64,000 nucleotides of DNA. It comes from Marsupella aquatica (lineage: Eukaryota > Plantae > Marchantiophyta). A model generated the notes under the pieces. That model made no database searches. It was given only the letters and a program-made list of their open reading frames with translations, and had not been told where the DNA came from. The stretch lies in assembly GCA_973895155.1 (NCBI GenBank), contig OZ316894.1, positions 23,930,709 to 23,994,708 of the forward strand, written 5' to 3'. Shown piece by piece: positions 1 to 12,503 of this stretch (position 1 is its first letter; each line of letters begins with the position of its first letter). The position numbers were made by a program, and so were the translations under genes.

Positions 1-297
1 TAGAAGTGAAAAGTAATGACAGCAAAAACATGCGGAGGAAAACTAATTTTGTATCGGGGCTCAGGAGTATCAAGCTCCATTGTAAGCAAGAGCACAGTGG
101 TGCGGTACTTCAAAACTATTTTAAGTATCACTGGCTCACAACTTGTGCAATGCACAGAGCGCAAAAGATGTCGCATAAATTATATCGCTGCTTGAAAAAA
201 GTCATTATGTAAAAGATGTGGTTGCTTAAAAGATGCCATTAAGCAAACAATACGGCTTAGAACAATATAAAGCACACGAGGAAACCAGAGAACCTAC

Positions 298-733
298 GTC
301 CAGGAGTGTGGCAGATAGCTAGCGTGTACGTCCTCTCCCCGGACAAGTGGGCCAAGCTGGTTTCCGAGACGGGCTCAAATTTGAGGAGCGTCGTCGACCA
401 TGAGACCCCCGGATCCAGAGACGCTACAAAGGCACGTCGAATGCTCAACTCAGCGTATCGAACGTACAGTTGTGGTTTGCGACTGATGTGTATCCCCATT
501 TCTGCATGGTGATACGGCTGGTGATGATGACGCTGTTGCTCCCATCTGTTGGCGTTGTTGCTGCCAGGACCATAGGAGGAATGGTTAAGAGAGTGTGGTT
601 TTGATCTCGGTACTAATGCAGGGCGACCCGAGATGCCTGAAGCCGGAAGCGAATTCCAGGCCCCTTTCCTTGAATGTGGATGACTGTAGCCAGTCTGCTG
701 CTGCGGCCTCCTCTGGGCATCCGTGTAAGACAT
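298..733 (-). CDS. Putative first coding exon of an unidentified gene continuing off the left edge of the window
   Basis: ATG ORF 257..733 (MSYTDAQRRPQQQ...HHHQPYHH...LAICHTPG) is interrupted by a good donor (GGAC|GTAGGT) at 297. An upstream acceptor (ttcagcag, ~941) and donor (GTGAGT, ~1249) suggest a 5'UTR intron. Family not recognised. Confidence 0.45.
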
Positions 734-2212
734 TGTCGCCCTCTAATAGACACAGTCCTGGCGGGATGGGTCAGGGATAGAAACTGCGTTGGGGAAAGAA
801 TCAACCCTCCACTTCAGTTTCCGTTACACACAAACTTCGGGAGACCCCCGTGTCTCCTCGAGGCATCAAGAATTGATCTGTGCCATGCACAGCTGCACAA
901 GTCGGTTGGCAGCTCGAGCTGCTGATCTTCTTGCGCATACCTGCTGAAACTTGATGCACTTAAAACATTCATGTGAAACGATCGTTTGCGAAAGAAAGGG
1001 CCGTGATTCTTGCTATCTGTGCGGGTAGCTAGGTTCATCAGATGATGACACAAATGAATATGCTACCCTGCCAAGCTGACCTGCCATCACGCCTTGGCTC
1101 TCGGGAACAAATGGCATATTAATTGTGTCATCATCTGATGTTCGAGTTTACCAGCCTCCCTCAACCCATCTGTTAGAAGTAGAAACAAACCCTCCCTCAT
1201 CGGTCCTATGCTAGCGAGCCATCAGCCCTGACGTCCGCAATCCACTCACGCCACGCGCATCGTCGCAATTGTTCAGATCTATTTCGGGACGTAATTATCG
1301 TCCCGTGAGTCAGAGCGAGGCATGCATAATTCCGCCGTCCAGAGTCCAGATGTTTTCTGCGAATTCCCCGCTAAATCCAAGACTTGGAGATCCACTCCCG
1401 CGCGAGCAGCAGTCTATCGTCGAAGGGATTCCTTCCGCTCAAACCATAGCGCCCCTCCTCACATTCCAGGAAAACAACTGGACTTCGGTTTGTAGCACTT
1501 CCCGCAATCATGATGGTGTCGTCAATAACAAGCCCGTGACCATTCTGCGGATGAGGATTCTCTCCCAATTCCAATCCCACGGCCGTGACGTACACAATTG
1601 GGGATGAAGTAGTAATTGCGCGCAATCCACAAAACTGGCAACCGACATCATCTGAAACATGCGATCGCGAGTGTGATGATCGATCGAGTCCAAACAAAGC
1701 TCAACCCTCGGAGTGGCATTTCTCAGAGATCTCTTTGTTCTTGTCCGTTGCCTGAAAGTTGCAATCGCGAGCGATGAGTCCACCAAAACGTAACCCTCGG
1801 AGTCGCATCGCATCTCTCTGAGATCTCGTTCCTCTCCTCGCTTCTCCTCCGTCTCCATCTCCGCCACCACATGGGAGCTGTGCTTTCTTGGTAGACAAGG
1901 CTACAGCAGGCGACGGACGTGAATTGCATGGGTCATCAACTCTTCAGCTCTCTCTTCAGTCGAGCGTTTTCTTTAGTGACGAAAAAACAATTACCCAAAT
2001 TCCACCGCATTGAAAATTGAAAGCTAAGCCAGGATGGACGGAGACTTTGTCCCTGCGCATCTCAGTGTAAAGCCATCAACAGTCCCTCCAATCCGAGTGT
2101 AAAGTCGTAAATTCGGCAACGAAGAAATGTTGCAGATCTGTAATCATTTTTCGAGATCATTTTTGGAGGTCCCTGTTATTTCCGAGTACGGAAGAAAGGC
2201 TACCTGTGTGTC

Positions 2213-2311
2213 ACCATTAAATTCAGTAGGGAAAATTGGAGTGTGTGTAACCAATTAACCATTAAATTCAGTAAGGGAAAATGGAGTGTGTAGCCATTAA
2301 ATTCAGTAGGG
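2213..2311. repeat. Three tandem copies of accattaaattcagta(a)ggga(a)aa..ggagtgtgt
   Basis: Copies start at ~2213, ~2258 and ~2293. Confidence 0.8.
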
Positions 2312-2559
2312 AAGAAAGGAGAAAGGATAAAATGCGTAACCATTTTTGGATGTCTCATTTTTGGATGTATCTGCTATTTCACTAATCTCTCACCTAGGAA
2401 GTCATGATCCTTAACTTTTTCCATACCATACTTACAACATTTAGGTGCTATAATAGTCTGGGCTGGAATTCTAATTTGAACTTCCCAGAATGTTTGCCCC
2501 AGAAAGTCAGAGGGTTATAGCCTAGTAACTCTACATGCATACCATCATTGTACTGTGCA

Positions 2560-2890
2560 TCAACAGTCTCTCCCATCCCATTGTAAAGCCATCAACCTGT
2601 AAAGTCATCAACCAGTGTATGCTCATCACCAAGGATGCACAGAATAGTTTTTAGAGGCACCCGGTAAAGTCATCAACCAGTTTACTGTCACCACCAAGGG
2701 TGTCACGAATAGTTTTTCCAGGCAGCAACCAGTTTACTCTCATCAGCAAGGACGCCCCAAATTGGTTTTTCAGGGACCCCGTAAAGTCGACCAGATTACT
2801 GTCATCAGCATTACTGGCATCAGCCAGTTTACACCCGACAGAAAAAGTGTCTGGCTGCTTTACGAAGGACGCTCAGAATAGTTTTTTTCG
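2560..2890. repeat. Diverged tandem array, unit roughly 55-65 bp (accagtttact..catcaccaaggatgcacagaatagttttt)
   Basis: About 4-5 recurring copies of aagga(t/c)gc.cagaatagtttt and accagtttact. A related motif occurs at 2067-2107. Confidence 0.65.
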
Positions 2891-4709
2891 AGAGACAACG
2901 AACACCTTGGAAAACATCACTGTTCTCCTCCCAAGTTAGAGCCTAAAAATAGTTTGTTACTCTTTTAGGTTAGTGAGACGACCTTGTGGTAGCAGTTTAA
3001 ACATCAGCAAATCCAACATTGAGCTTCTCTAATTTTGTCCTGAACTCAAATAAGCCTATTGTCGTCTTCACTTTGTATCGAACAAATTAGAAGTATGGAT
3101 CAAATTCATCCTCTGCACATGCCATCAAAATCTAAATCTGAATCGGGATTTGTATCGTTGCCCAATGTATATGTTGATAGGATCTGAACAGGATCAAATT
3201 GATGTTTGCACGAAAATGTTTAGATCCGTGTCAAATTCCAAATCATATGAGAGTCCCCAAACATGAGGGACATTGAATACAACTCTAAAGATGAGTAATC
3301 AAATAAAGAATGTTTTATTTTTATTTTTAACAGTAGCTTTATAAGAACTAAGATAGAAACACCAGACAAAAGTCAGGCCACCCAAGACGGGTCATACCCA
3401 AAGAGGGAAGATCTTTGGGTAAGACCCAATGGACAGCCGCAACCGTCAATGGTTCCTCAAACTATGTAGACTAGTGTAGCAAGAGGGATCCCCTAAGAAT
3501 TAAATGGATTAGCAGTCACTTGGATTCACTTGAGGACGAGTTGGATGGATTGAGGCATTCCAGACCATGGCTCATAAAGAACTGGATAATTGAAATTGAG
3601 ATGAAATTGTAACCCAGGGCCTAATCCAACTCACTTTTGTCCCTTCAGTGCACAATCGCTTGGAAACTCTTATGAAGCCTGTTAACCAATGCATAAGAGA
3701 ATTATGTATATTTCTGACAACGGGTGCCAAATCCCTCTGTGGGCCTCACCCTGAGGCCCTCGTTCTATATTGTACTGAAAAATCAGATTGAATTGAACTC
3801 ATTACACAAGACAAGACTAAAGGATGATTGTAAACAATTAAAGAGAGAGTGAATTAGGATCGTTACTGCTGACGCACTTGAAAGTAGGGAACATTCGCAC
3901 AAAGGAGAGGGGAGAGAGGAACAATAGATAACTATCCTGACTAACTTCTCTGTGCTCAGAGTCAAAGTTGGTGACTGGAACTCTTTCATTCAAACTCAAT
4001 ATAAGAGACCAAAACTTTGCTTGCTTTAAATTAAAAAATTAAAAAATTAAACTCCAAGGAAAACTTAGCTTGCTTTCGAGACAACATGCCAATAAGTGCA
4101 CGCTCAAAGCTCTATTCATAATAGGATTGACAACATTTGTTAGAAGACCTAGGACATATCTTTTTGGGCAGTTCAGAAGCATTTCAAAGCCCTAAATGGA
4201 TCAATTAATAAGCATATCCTTGGGGCTCCCCCCATTTACCCGTCAATGCTACACCTTCAAACTGCATTCTCCCAGCGCAATTTTAGAAAACTGTTAGGTA
4301 TGGCTCAAAAAGTTGTTCAGGCTGCAATCATTATGCTCAGTATGATGTACATATCTTATAACACGTGTAGAATATTTTATATATTAATGCCTTGTTATAA
4401 CCTCACACAATGCCTTAGCATGTTCATCCTAATACATGCCTATTTTGACTTATTTTGACTTCTCCAAAACTATTGAAACAATCATCATAAGAGTTCATGT
4501 GTGACTAGTTTATGAAAAACAATTATTCAAAGAATGATTATAACAAAATTAATGAAAAAATTGCACACCTTTTTAAAAGTGAGAGAATTATAATACTTTT
4601 AAGGCAAGTGTATTAATTTGAAGGTACTAATTTTAGGGCTTCCTGGCAGGTCCCACTTGTGACCCTCCTATGCTGTTTATTCCAGAACTCTTATTCCAGA
4701 ACTCTAACC

Positions 4710-5009
4710 AGGCCTTTCTCGGGGGTTTCACTTCCACAAAAATGGCATATCATGTGCGACGAAGGATAGGGTCATTTTATTGGTTATAAGGGAAAACTTA
4801 AGAATTTTTGTAGAAGAACAATAGGGTCTTTTAAATTCAATTTTGAGACTTATAAGAACATTAGGGCCTTTTTAATCTAATTTTTGGAATATTCCAACTT
4901 TATAGGGGTTAAAAAATTAAAAAAAATTATTACATTTTAGGGGGTCCAAGGCCTAAAAACGTCGCAGGTGATGGGGAGGTCCCCATGTAGTGAGACCCCC
5001 GAGAGGCCT
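4710..5009. mobile_element. Possible MITE (~300 bp, AT-rich interior)
   Basis: Imperfect terminal inverted repeat: ggcctttctcgggggtttcact (4711-4732) versus agtgagacccccgagaggcc (4989-5008). No clear TSD. Confidence 0.45.
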
Positions 5010-5499
5010 TTCAATTCTTTGCTCAATAGGGTGTTAGCTTTCATGGTTCCTTTGTAAATTACTTTTTTTGTCCGTGTTCTTTTGTTGGGTTTTGGTTGGG
5101 GTCCCCTTGGCTTGGTTTTCCTAGGGCCCTTTCCCCTCTTTTCCTCCCCTTCATTGGGTTGCTTTGCCTTTGGGACCATGTCTCCTGGTTTGGCATTTTC
5201 TGCCTTGTGCAGTGCGATATATATTAGTCAATATACCTCTATAGGTATGGTACTTTATGATTCAAAGAGAAGAGCATTAACTTTGTCCTTTTCTAATTTT
5301 CTGCTCTATTTGGTGGGGCTCTCTGTTTAGGTGACACCTGTTGATCAATAAACCATGAACAATGTAAGCTTTAAAACCAATGGCATATAAGATGCACTCA
5401 TCAATTATCAAAATACTAGTTTCTTTGTTGAAGGGTCAAACCTTCTCATGCAACTAAGGAAATATGCCCCTCAAAATGATATGTAAAATATAGGAAACC

Positions 5500-5722
5500 T
5501 TAGACTAAGGAAATAATAAAAATTAAAGGGGCTGCCAAAAATGACTAAATTCTAATAGTACATGGCTAAAGCATGGGCTAGGCCAGATTAACATAATAAT
5601 ACATTTCAAGCAAATTAAGGGAATTAAAAATAAAAAACAAAAAGGGACTACCAAAAATGACTATATTCTAAATAGTACATGGCTAAAGCATGGACTAGGC
5701 CAGATTAACATAATAATACATT
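5500..5722. repeat. ~116-bp tandem duplication
   Basis: ccaaaaatgacta.attcta(a)atagtacatggctaaagcatgg.ctaggccagattaacataataatacatt occurs at ~5535 and ~5651. Confidence 0.85.
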
Positions 5723-5959
5723 GCAATCAATTTGAATGAGACGAGATAGCCAAAGAGTGTTCCGCCATATAATATAGCAGCCTCAAAAAAATTGACTGTC
5801 CGCCTCTTAAATTTTATAAGAAAAAACATATAGCAAAAACTAATTGATCCCTTGACACTTATCTCTTCTTTCCTGTTCACTTCACTGTTTACAAGAGAGT
5901 GGGAAAACTCTAAACGTTTTACTTTCACTTATTCACCAAAAACAAAGCGTTATGGGCTG

Positions 5960-6890
5960 ACATGCTTACTTGCTCATGGGCTAAAACCCTCAAGCTATCC
6001 ATAGCGTCCTTATAGCCCAATAACCCCCAAAACAAAATTCTAACAGTCTACATTCACTTGTCTGCCAAATGGACAGCATTTTGGGATGGCACGCCCACTT
6101 GCCCTCCAGATAGACCTACGGCAATGTCCTTAATATAGCCCACAAGGAGGGCTCTCATCCTATAACTCATTTATCAACAAGTTATAAGTTAAAATAGCAT
6201 GGTCTCAGATTGGGCCAGCTATACTATTTAGCCTACAACCCCTACTTCCCTTTCGGCTAGAGCGGTCAGGCTCTCATCCTATAACCCATCCCCTAAGCAT
6301 CTGCTTACTCAGGCTAGTGTCCTGATACCTACACTTGCCCCTTGGCTAAAGCCCTCTGGCTCTGATCCTTTAACGCATAACCCTATGTTTGCTAGCTCAG
6401 ACTAGGACGTGGTTGCTTACTTGGGTCAGAGCATCTCCAACTGTGGGGTGAAATGAGTCTATAACTGCTAAAAAAAGCATATGGCTGATGGCTTTCTAAT
6501 GGTGGCCTCTCTCTAAATAAATGGAGGCCAGCCCCTTCTTTCACAAGGGATAGCAGCCGGGAGAGTATAATTCTATCCTGGCTTGTATACCCGTCTACGT
6601 CAGAGATTCCACAACATCTCCACGACATCTAAGATCCTGAATATGCTTGAGATTTAACTGGATATACCAATACCGCTGGTGACTGAATTAATCCAACATG
6701 AGGGCTTTGTCCCTGCCTCCAAATGATGGGCTAAATTTTGGGTTTAGCATTCATTCACCCCCAAACAGTTGGAGACGCTCTTAGTGTCCTCAGCCCATAA
6801 CCCCCATTTTCCCTTGGAGTAAAGCCTGTTTGCTTACTCAGCTCTAGGCTATCCGAAACACCGTAAGTATTATCCTACAAGTCCTAACTA
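5960..6890. repeat. Degenerate repeat array (tgcttact / ggctctcatcctataac / cccataacccc motifs) interrupted by a MITE
   Basis: tgcttact at ~5963, 6302, 6414 and 6831; ggctctcatcctataac at ~6150 and ~6269. Confidence 0.55.
6429..6780. mobile_element. Tourist-like (PIF/Harbinger) MITE, 352 bp
   Basis: TIRs GAGCATCTCCAACTGT.GGGGTGAA ... TTCACCCCCAAACAGTTGGAGACGCTC. Flanked by TCA/TTA (3-bp TSD with one mismatch). Confidence 0.85.
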
Positions 6891-7284
6891 CCCCTCCTTC
6901 ATGCACACGTCAAAGATTCCTGCAGCACCGTCATTCTGTCTGATGGATTGGTCCCAAACTTGTTACTCCCCTGGTACCCCCTCACTGTTCCATTCCTTGC
7001 TGTTACACCACTATAGTGAATAAATTTCCACTTTATAGTTTAAATAGAGTAGCCCAATGTGTGTTAAGTGATGTTAGAGAAAGTGTTGCCAAGCAGAAGT
7101 GAGATGTCCAGGTAGGCTACCACTGCAGGAGTAGGGAAATTGGCCCGGCAGCTAGATTTCAAGGAGTGTTACCATAATCCAATTATCGGTTGTTCATGCC
7201 AGAAAGACATTTCCTACACACATCATAGGAAAGAAAAAGCAAGATTCCAGTATAAAACGAGCCAACGAGCCCAACCCCCGTTGT

Positions 7285-7455
7285 TGCAAGGGCAGGGCAA
7301 GGCATGTATAGCAATGGCAAGGCAAGGAATGGAATGGAACACGGAGGGTAAATCATGCAAGGGCAAGGCATGGATAGCAATGGCAAGGCAAGGAATGGAA
7401 TGGAATGGAACACGGAGGGTAAATCATGGATGGCACTGATGGCAAGGCAAGGCAC
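7285..7455. repeat. ~70-bp tandem repeat built from GGCAA/GGAAT pentamers
   Basis: tgcaagggca.ggcat..atagcaatggcaaggcaaggaatggaatggaacacggagggtaaatcatg occurs twice, plus a partial third copy. Confidence 0.85.
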
Positions 7456-7585
7456 AAAGGGAGAGGGCAAGCCAACAGGGAGGCAAAGGGCACACTTCTT
7501 TTTTTCACCAAATGACCATGATTTCTGCCCACACTGATGGCATTCCTAACTACTGTAGACATAGGCTAGAATGAGCAATGGATTA

Positions 7586-7645
7586 TTATATATAGATATA
7601 AACAGATAGATATAGATAGATGGATCCATATAGATAGATGGATCC
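7586..7645. repeat. TAGA/TAGATA low-complexity microsatellite
   Basis: tatagatata...gatagatatagatagatggatccatatagatagatggatcca. Confidence 0.7.
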
Positions 7646-8337
7646 ATTGCAAGGAATTGGATATTATGGTGTGCGATGTGTAGATAGATATACATGCGTG
7701 GATTCCAATTTAATTTGTAGACTGAGATGGACGACAGGGACATGCAAATGTCAAATGTCTCAACTGCTCCAATGTCCGACAATGCCGGCCCTCTTTCGTC
7801 GATTGAATCTAGAAGGCATGAGAGATGGACGATGTCCATTATTATAACAAAGCAAATCAATCACAAGGCAAAGGACTCAGACAAAATCTCGATACTGCCA
7901 TCCATGAGCACCAAAATTGCTGTTAGCTGATAGATCTGCTACAGCAGAATCCTCGCAAAAAGGCCAACAACCGCATCGTGCCTCACGACTCGCAGAAATT
8001 GTGGCACCCATCGCTGGCTCCAAAAATGAATCGATGGATCTTCGATCGAACGCCAGATAGGACCATTCTGTTTCAAAACTCAACAACTCCTTCAACTGAC
8101 TGATTCTGATTCGAGTGTCCTTCACTAACATTGCCCAAAATTGAGCTCAATTGAATATTCATATAAACTTCGTCCGCTGGGTCACCGTATTCATCGATCG
8201 TGTGTGATGTACCTTCCACATCATTACGTCGTTCTACTGGCAAGCAAGTGAGAAAATTAGCAGCAGAGGGATCATAGAATGTGGCAATGGAGAGCGAAGA
8301 ATGACTGCAATTTGTGTAGCAATGCCGGAAATTTTGC

Positions 8338-9681
8338 CTATCTGACTAGCTCGTAGCTTCCGTTAGCGTCTTCCTCCTTTTCTGATCCTTCGCCTTTCAC
8401 TTTTTCTCCGCGGCACTCGTAGTACAAAAACTGGCCGATGATGAAGCAATCGAGGCCAACACAGACTCCAGCGTCCACCAGCCACGGCAGATTAGGTTTG
8501 ATCTTCGCCCAGTCCAGAGTCCTGACGAGTATGCTGGACACGTAAGTGATATTCCCGACCAGAGCAAAGATGAACATCAGTGGATTGAGGCCCTCCACAG
8601 TTCCCCTCTTGAAGTTGAGCGCGATTTGAGGCAGGCGACCGCCCATGTAAATGGTGGCCATGCACCATCCGAGAACCTCTCCCCACGGTCCATTCGGTTC
8701 TGCGTCTCTGAAGTAATGTGGGATTCTTGAAGCCCCAGTGCTGCTTCCCTTCCACAAGAGGCTTCTGCCTGCCCTACGAAGAATTCGTCCACCTGCTTGC
8801 TGAGCGAAACCAAACGACCCACCAGCTGATAGAAAGCTGGAGCTCAAACCAACAGTCCCCACGATTAAAACACTTGCTGCTGCTGCAGTAGCGCTGCGTC
8901 CCAACAAGGATCCTCCTCCTGCAGAGTTGCTGGATGCAGTAGAGTCACCGTGAGAAGGAGAGCCGTTACTCGGAATGGGATACCCCTGCGTTGCTACGGA
9001 GCCTTGGGTGGAAGCTGGTCTAAGAAAGCTTTGAGTCGCTGACCCCGATTCCCGAGAACCCACCAAGTACGAGCCCACGGTTGGTGTGCGGCTGCTCGCC
9101 AGAGATCTGGCCGAAGTGTAGTATAGATCTCTGGGAGCTGCTCTTTGATGACCATGATGGGGCACATTGATGGTGGAGGAGAGCTCCGGAGAGGAGCTAT
9201 CTGCTCTCTTATCAGGGCGAGGGTGCTTCTGGGCCTCTACGTCCAATTTGGCCTGATTCTGAACATCCTCTTCTGCTTCTCTCACCGCTGATGCAGGGTC
9301 GTCTTTCATAAGCTCTGGTGGGTGGAAGTACGAGCGGAGGTAGCCGTAGTGAATTGTCTGACCGACGAGGACCAGTGTTGTGAGCGTATACAGCAGGGCC
9401 ATGTAAAATTGTGTAGGGAGGGTGGCAGGCTCCAAGTAGCAGCCTGCAAGGTTGAAAACGTCGCCTATCACCCAGGTCATCAGAAATGCGAGAGAGACTC
9501 CTTCAGTGTTCTGCTCTTTGAAGTTGGTGATGATCTGAGGTACCTCCGCCACCCCCCAGCTGAAAACGCTTAGGAGCCCGAGCACCAGGGACAACTCGTC
9601 CCGGAAATCGCACACGCAGTCCATGAGATACTTGTGCGCCCATTCCAGACATTCTCCCTCGTCCACTGGACAGTCCGGCAT
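8338..9681 (-). CDS. PQ-loop repeat family vacuolar cationic amino-acid transporter (YPQ1/PQLC2-like), intronless CDS
   Basis: Two PQ motifs (AEVPQIITNF...GVSLAFLMTWVIGDVFNLAGCYLEPATLPTQFY; GRLPQIALNFKRGTVEGLNPLMFIFALVGN) and multiple TM segments. The first ATG is at 9681 (the ORF track starts at a TTG). Confidence 0.92.
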   Translation of the reverse strand: MPDCPVDEGECLEWAHKYLMDCVCDFRDELSLVLGLLSVFSWGVAEVPQIITNFKEQNTEGVSLAFLMTWVIGDVFNLAGCYLEPATLPTQFYMALLYTLTTLVLVGQTIHYGYLRSYFHPPELMKDDPASAVREAEEDVQNQAKLDVEAQKHPRPDKRADSSSPELSSTINVPHHGHQRAAPRDLYYTSARSLASSRTPTVGSYLVGSRESGSATQSFLRPASTQGSVATQGYPIPSNGSPSHGDSTASSNSAGGGSLLGRSATAAAASVLIVGTVGLSSSFLSAGGSFGFAQQAGGRILRRAGRSLLWKGSSTGASRIPHYFRDAEPNGPWGEVLGWCMATIYMGGRLPQIALNFKRGTVEGLNPLMFIFALVGNITYVSSILVRTLDWAKIKPNLPWLVDAGVCVGLDCFIIGQFLYYECRGEKVKGEGSEKEEDANGSYELVR

Positions 9682-12503
9682 TGGATTCAATTCGATTCAC
9701 CCTAGCTCCAATTCTCCCCAACGACGTACTTCTTGGGCTACAATCACGGAACGACCCCAGAATTGATCACTAGAGTGTTCCCACCTTCGCAGTAATCTCC
9801 ACCTAGCTAAGAATCGCTTGTTCTCACTCATCAGCTCGTTATGTGCTGCCAGTCTTCAGTGCAGAGGGCCCTTCAAATCCAACTTCTTTGACGATAGTGA
9901 TCGGACCACGGCCTGATACACAAGGAATGACTCCCGGACAAGTGTTCCAAAGCTTTATTTTACCGTCCACCAAACAAGGAACCTCTTGACCCACTCACTA
10001 CTTTTGAACTGCTGCCTCCCTGGCTCCAAGGGCAGACGACTTCTAAATTCAACGTCGCCTTGAGCATGACCATGAACCGGGACAGATTGAGCCCAGTGGA
10101 TCCGACGCACATGCTGTGTCCCCAAGCTTTGTAACCATCTCCGCCAAGCTAGGGTATCTCTTGATCTCACTTTATCAATTATTTTGCCAACTGCTCCATC
10201 CCCAGCACCGCCCTCAGCTCAGGGATCTACAGTGAACACCCCTTCCTGCAGACCAAATCTTGCAAATGTTGAGGGTACAAGTAAGGCGAAATGTTCAAGC
10301 ACTTTGGGTAGATATATAGCATTACGTGGTATGTCTGCCTTTCCAGCATATTCATACAAACTGCCACAAAGACAAAAAGCGCCAAACCGGGACACAGGAT
10401 GCGAACCACCTTCTTGATTCTTGGGCCGACAGGGCCTGCAACCATAGGTAGTTAAATGGTGCGTTCGTGTTTGGCCCCGGATTGAACAGTCAGCTGATCA
10501 GTATTAATTTCTGTCTCGTCCTTTAGTTGTTCAGTACTCATGACAGGGGAAATGACGATCGACCGACGATAACGTTCCCTTGAAGGTTGCCCAGCTATCT
10601 CACCGGACAGGAGAATGATCCTCCAGGACCTCCACAGTAGATACCTTTTGAAAAAAAATGTCCCGCTGTTATCCCAACTTTCGTCTTTTTTTCAACTGAA
10701 GGGTCAAGTCAGCTAAGTTGAAGGGCTATCCTCGGGCCATGTAGAACGCCTACGGAGCAGGTGTGCTCCAACAGTAGGGGTGCCCTACTAGCCTCACCCA
10801 GTGTCCGCATGCATGTATCTTGTCACATGCTCTGCGCGATCGACTGACTGAGTAGGTTGACCTCAACGAATCAGGCTACCGACGCATAATAGGAGCTATC
10901 TCGGACGAGACCTGTAACAAATGAAAGTAGAGAAACCGTTCCCCGAAGCAAACGCCTGGGCTTCTTCAAAATCATTTACTGAAATTGCGGCTCCTGAACC
11001 CTCGTCTCCCTTCGAGTTCTCTGATCCGATCACTATTGGCTCAGGCGATTGTCAAGTGCACGATTTGAGTAGACGTCTAACATTTCTATAATTCGAGGCA
11101 CTGACATGCTGTTTCAGCTAGTTCGGTAAATTCTATAAACAATCAACATGCGTTCAAAGTAGGAACTCCACGATTGTCAGCGGCGTAATATTTTCTGGAG
11201 CTATTTTCTCGCCAATTATTTCTCGTCACTTTAAGTTTGATTCATTGTCATCATAATAGTGTACCGAAAGATTTATTCCGTTCTGGGTGGAGAAAGAAAG
11301 CGGGCTGGGATTCTACATGATTATATGAAAAAATTAAGGCATGTGGAAGAGTGGTGACTGGCCTGAGTGGAATCGAACAGCAGAAAGACAGCCACTTCTC
11401 CTTCACTGCCATTCATTCCACAATTTACTGCGGCAAGTGCAGGACTGTAGCTTTGCTTTACCACTACTAGTGTGGTTCGAGCGTCTTCGAGAGCAGCTCA
11501 CGAACAGAGGTTTGAGAACCAGCGGGCACTTAGCCGTGTACTCAAGATTGATTAGACTCCTTAAGAATCACAACTTTCCCGGGTGTCGGTCCCAGTTGTT
11601 CCTATGGAAGCGAACAAGTAGCGAGCAGATTTTTCTCTTTGGAGTTTGGCATTCTTCTCGTGCGGTCATGCCTAATCTAGTTTTGGACCATCTGAAGATT
11701 ATTTGCATGTCGTTCTTGTAGGAGATTTAGTTTTCTATTTGAATTTTGAACAGCTTCTCTCTGGAGTTTGCTGACCTTGTTGCAGGAAGCGACGAAGGAA
11801 GGACTCAGTCGGCATCGGTTCGTCTGTCCTCGTTGCAGAAAGAAAGCGGCAATAGTCTGCATCATTTTATGTCTTTGTTGCAGGAAGGAACGAGGGATTC
11901 AGTCTTCATAATCTCGTGCAGGGGAAAAGGAAACGAAAGGAAAGGTCCAAGTCAATTTATTGAGTGTCGGGATTGAAACAATCACGTAACAATCACGCCA
12001 TTGACTCTCGTCATGGCGTGCTCCATTAATCAGTGCAAACTTCCGCAAAGATACAATCGTCTTTTCAAGAATGTCAGTGGTGAAGTCCGTACCCATTTCC
12101 AAAGGAGGGAGAAGATTCTTTCGCTCAAGCAGGAAACCTCAAATAAGTCTCATCTCAATTTGAAGTAGATTGATTCATTGTACTTGACGTCCGTAATATA
12201 AACATTCAACAATCGCTTGAAGGGTTTGGCCGATCCCAAGATCGACATCATTCTGTCAATTGCAGTCGATCGCATCATGCACGCGTCCGAAGAACATGTG
12301 ACAGAAATTGCGAATCTTGCAAGCAATACTATCAGCAACAATCGATCTAACAAGGAATGCAGTAGGAGGGCGATTATTATTGGGGAAGAGGTAGCTATGG
12401 TCAAAGCCATGGTTGATATGATACTCCAGAGCACACTTTGAGGCGATGGGTCTTGTTGAACTGGTTCAGTGACAACTAAGGATTGACATTATCTAGCTTT
12501 GAT

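Noticed and set aside
2213-2890. Short repeats with variable spacing resembling a CRISPR array
   Set aside because: Eukaryotic context, degenerate repeats, spacers that are not unique or uniform, and no cas genes.
3313-3780. T-rich tract followed by a possible 5'-truncated LINE 3' end (minus strand)
   Set aside because: Only compositional resemblance; no recognisable RT motif or TSD.
5060-5355. GT/CT-rich stretch resembling a LINE 3'UTR; ORFs 4937..5179 and 5082..5330
   Set aside because: No poly(A) tail or TSD, and the ORFs are low-complexity artefacts.
11341-12441. Several 60-126 aa ORFs between the PQ-loop gene and iadA
   Set aside because: No recognisable domains or splice pattern; most likely iadA 3'UTR or intergenic DNA.
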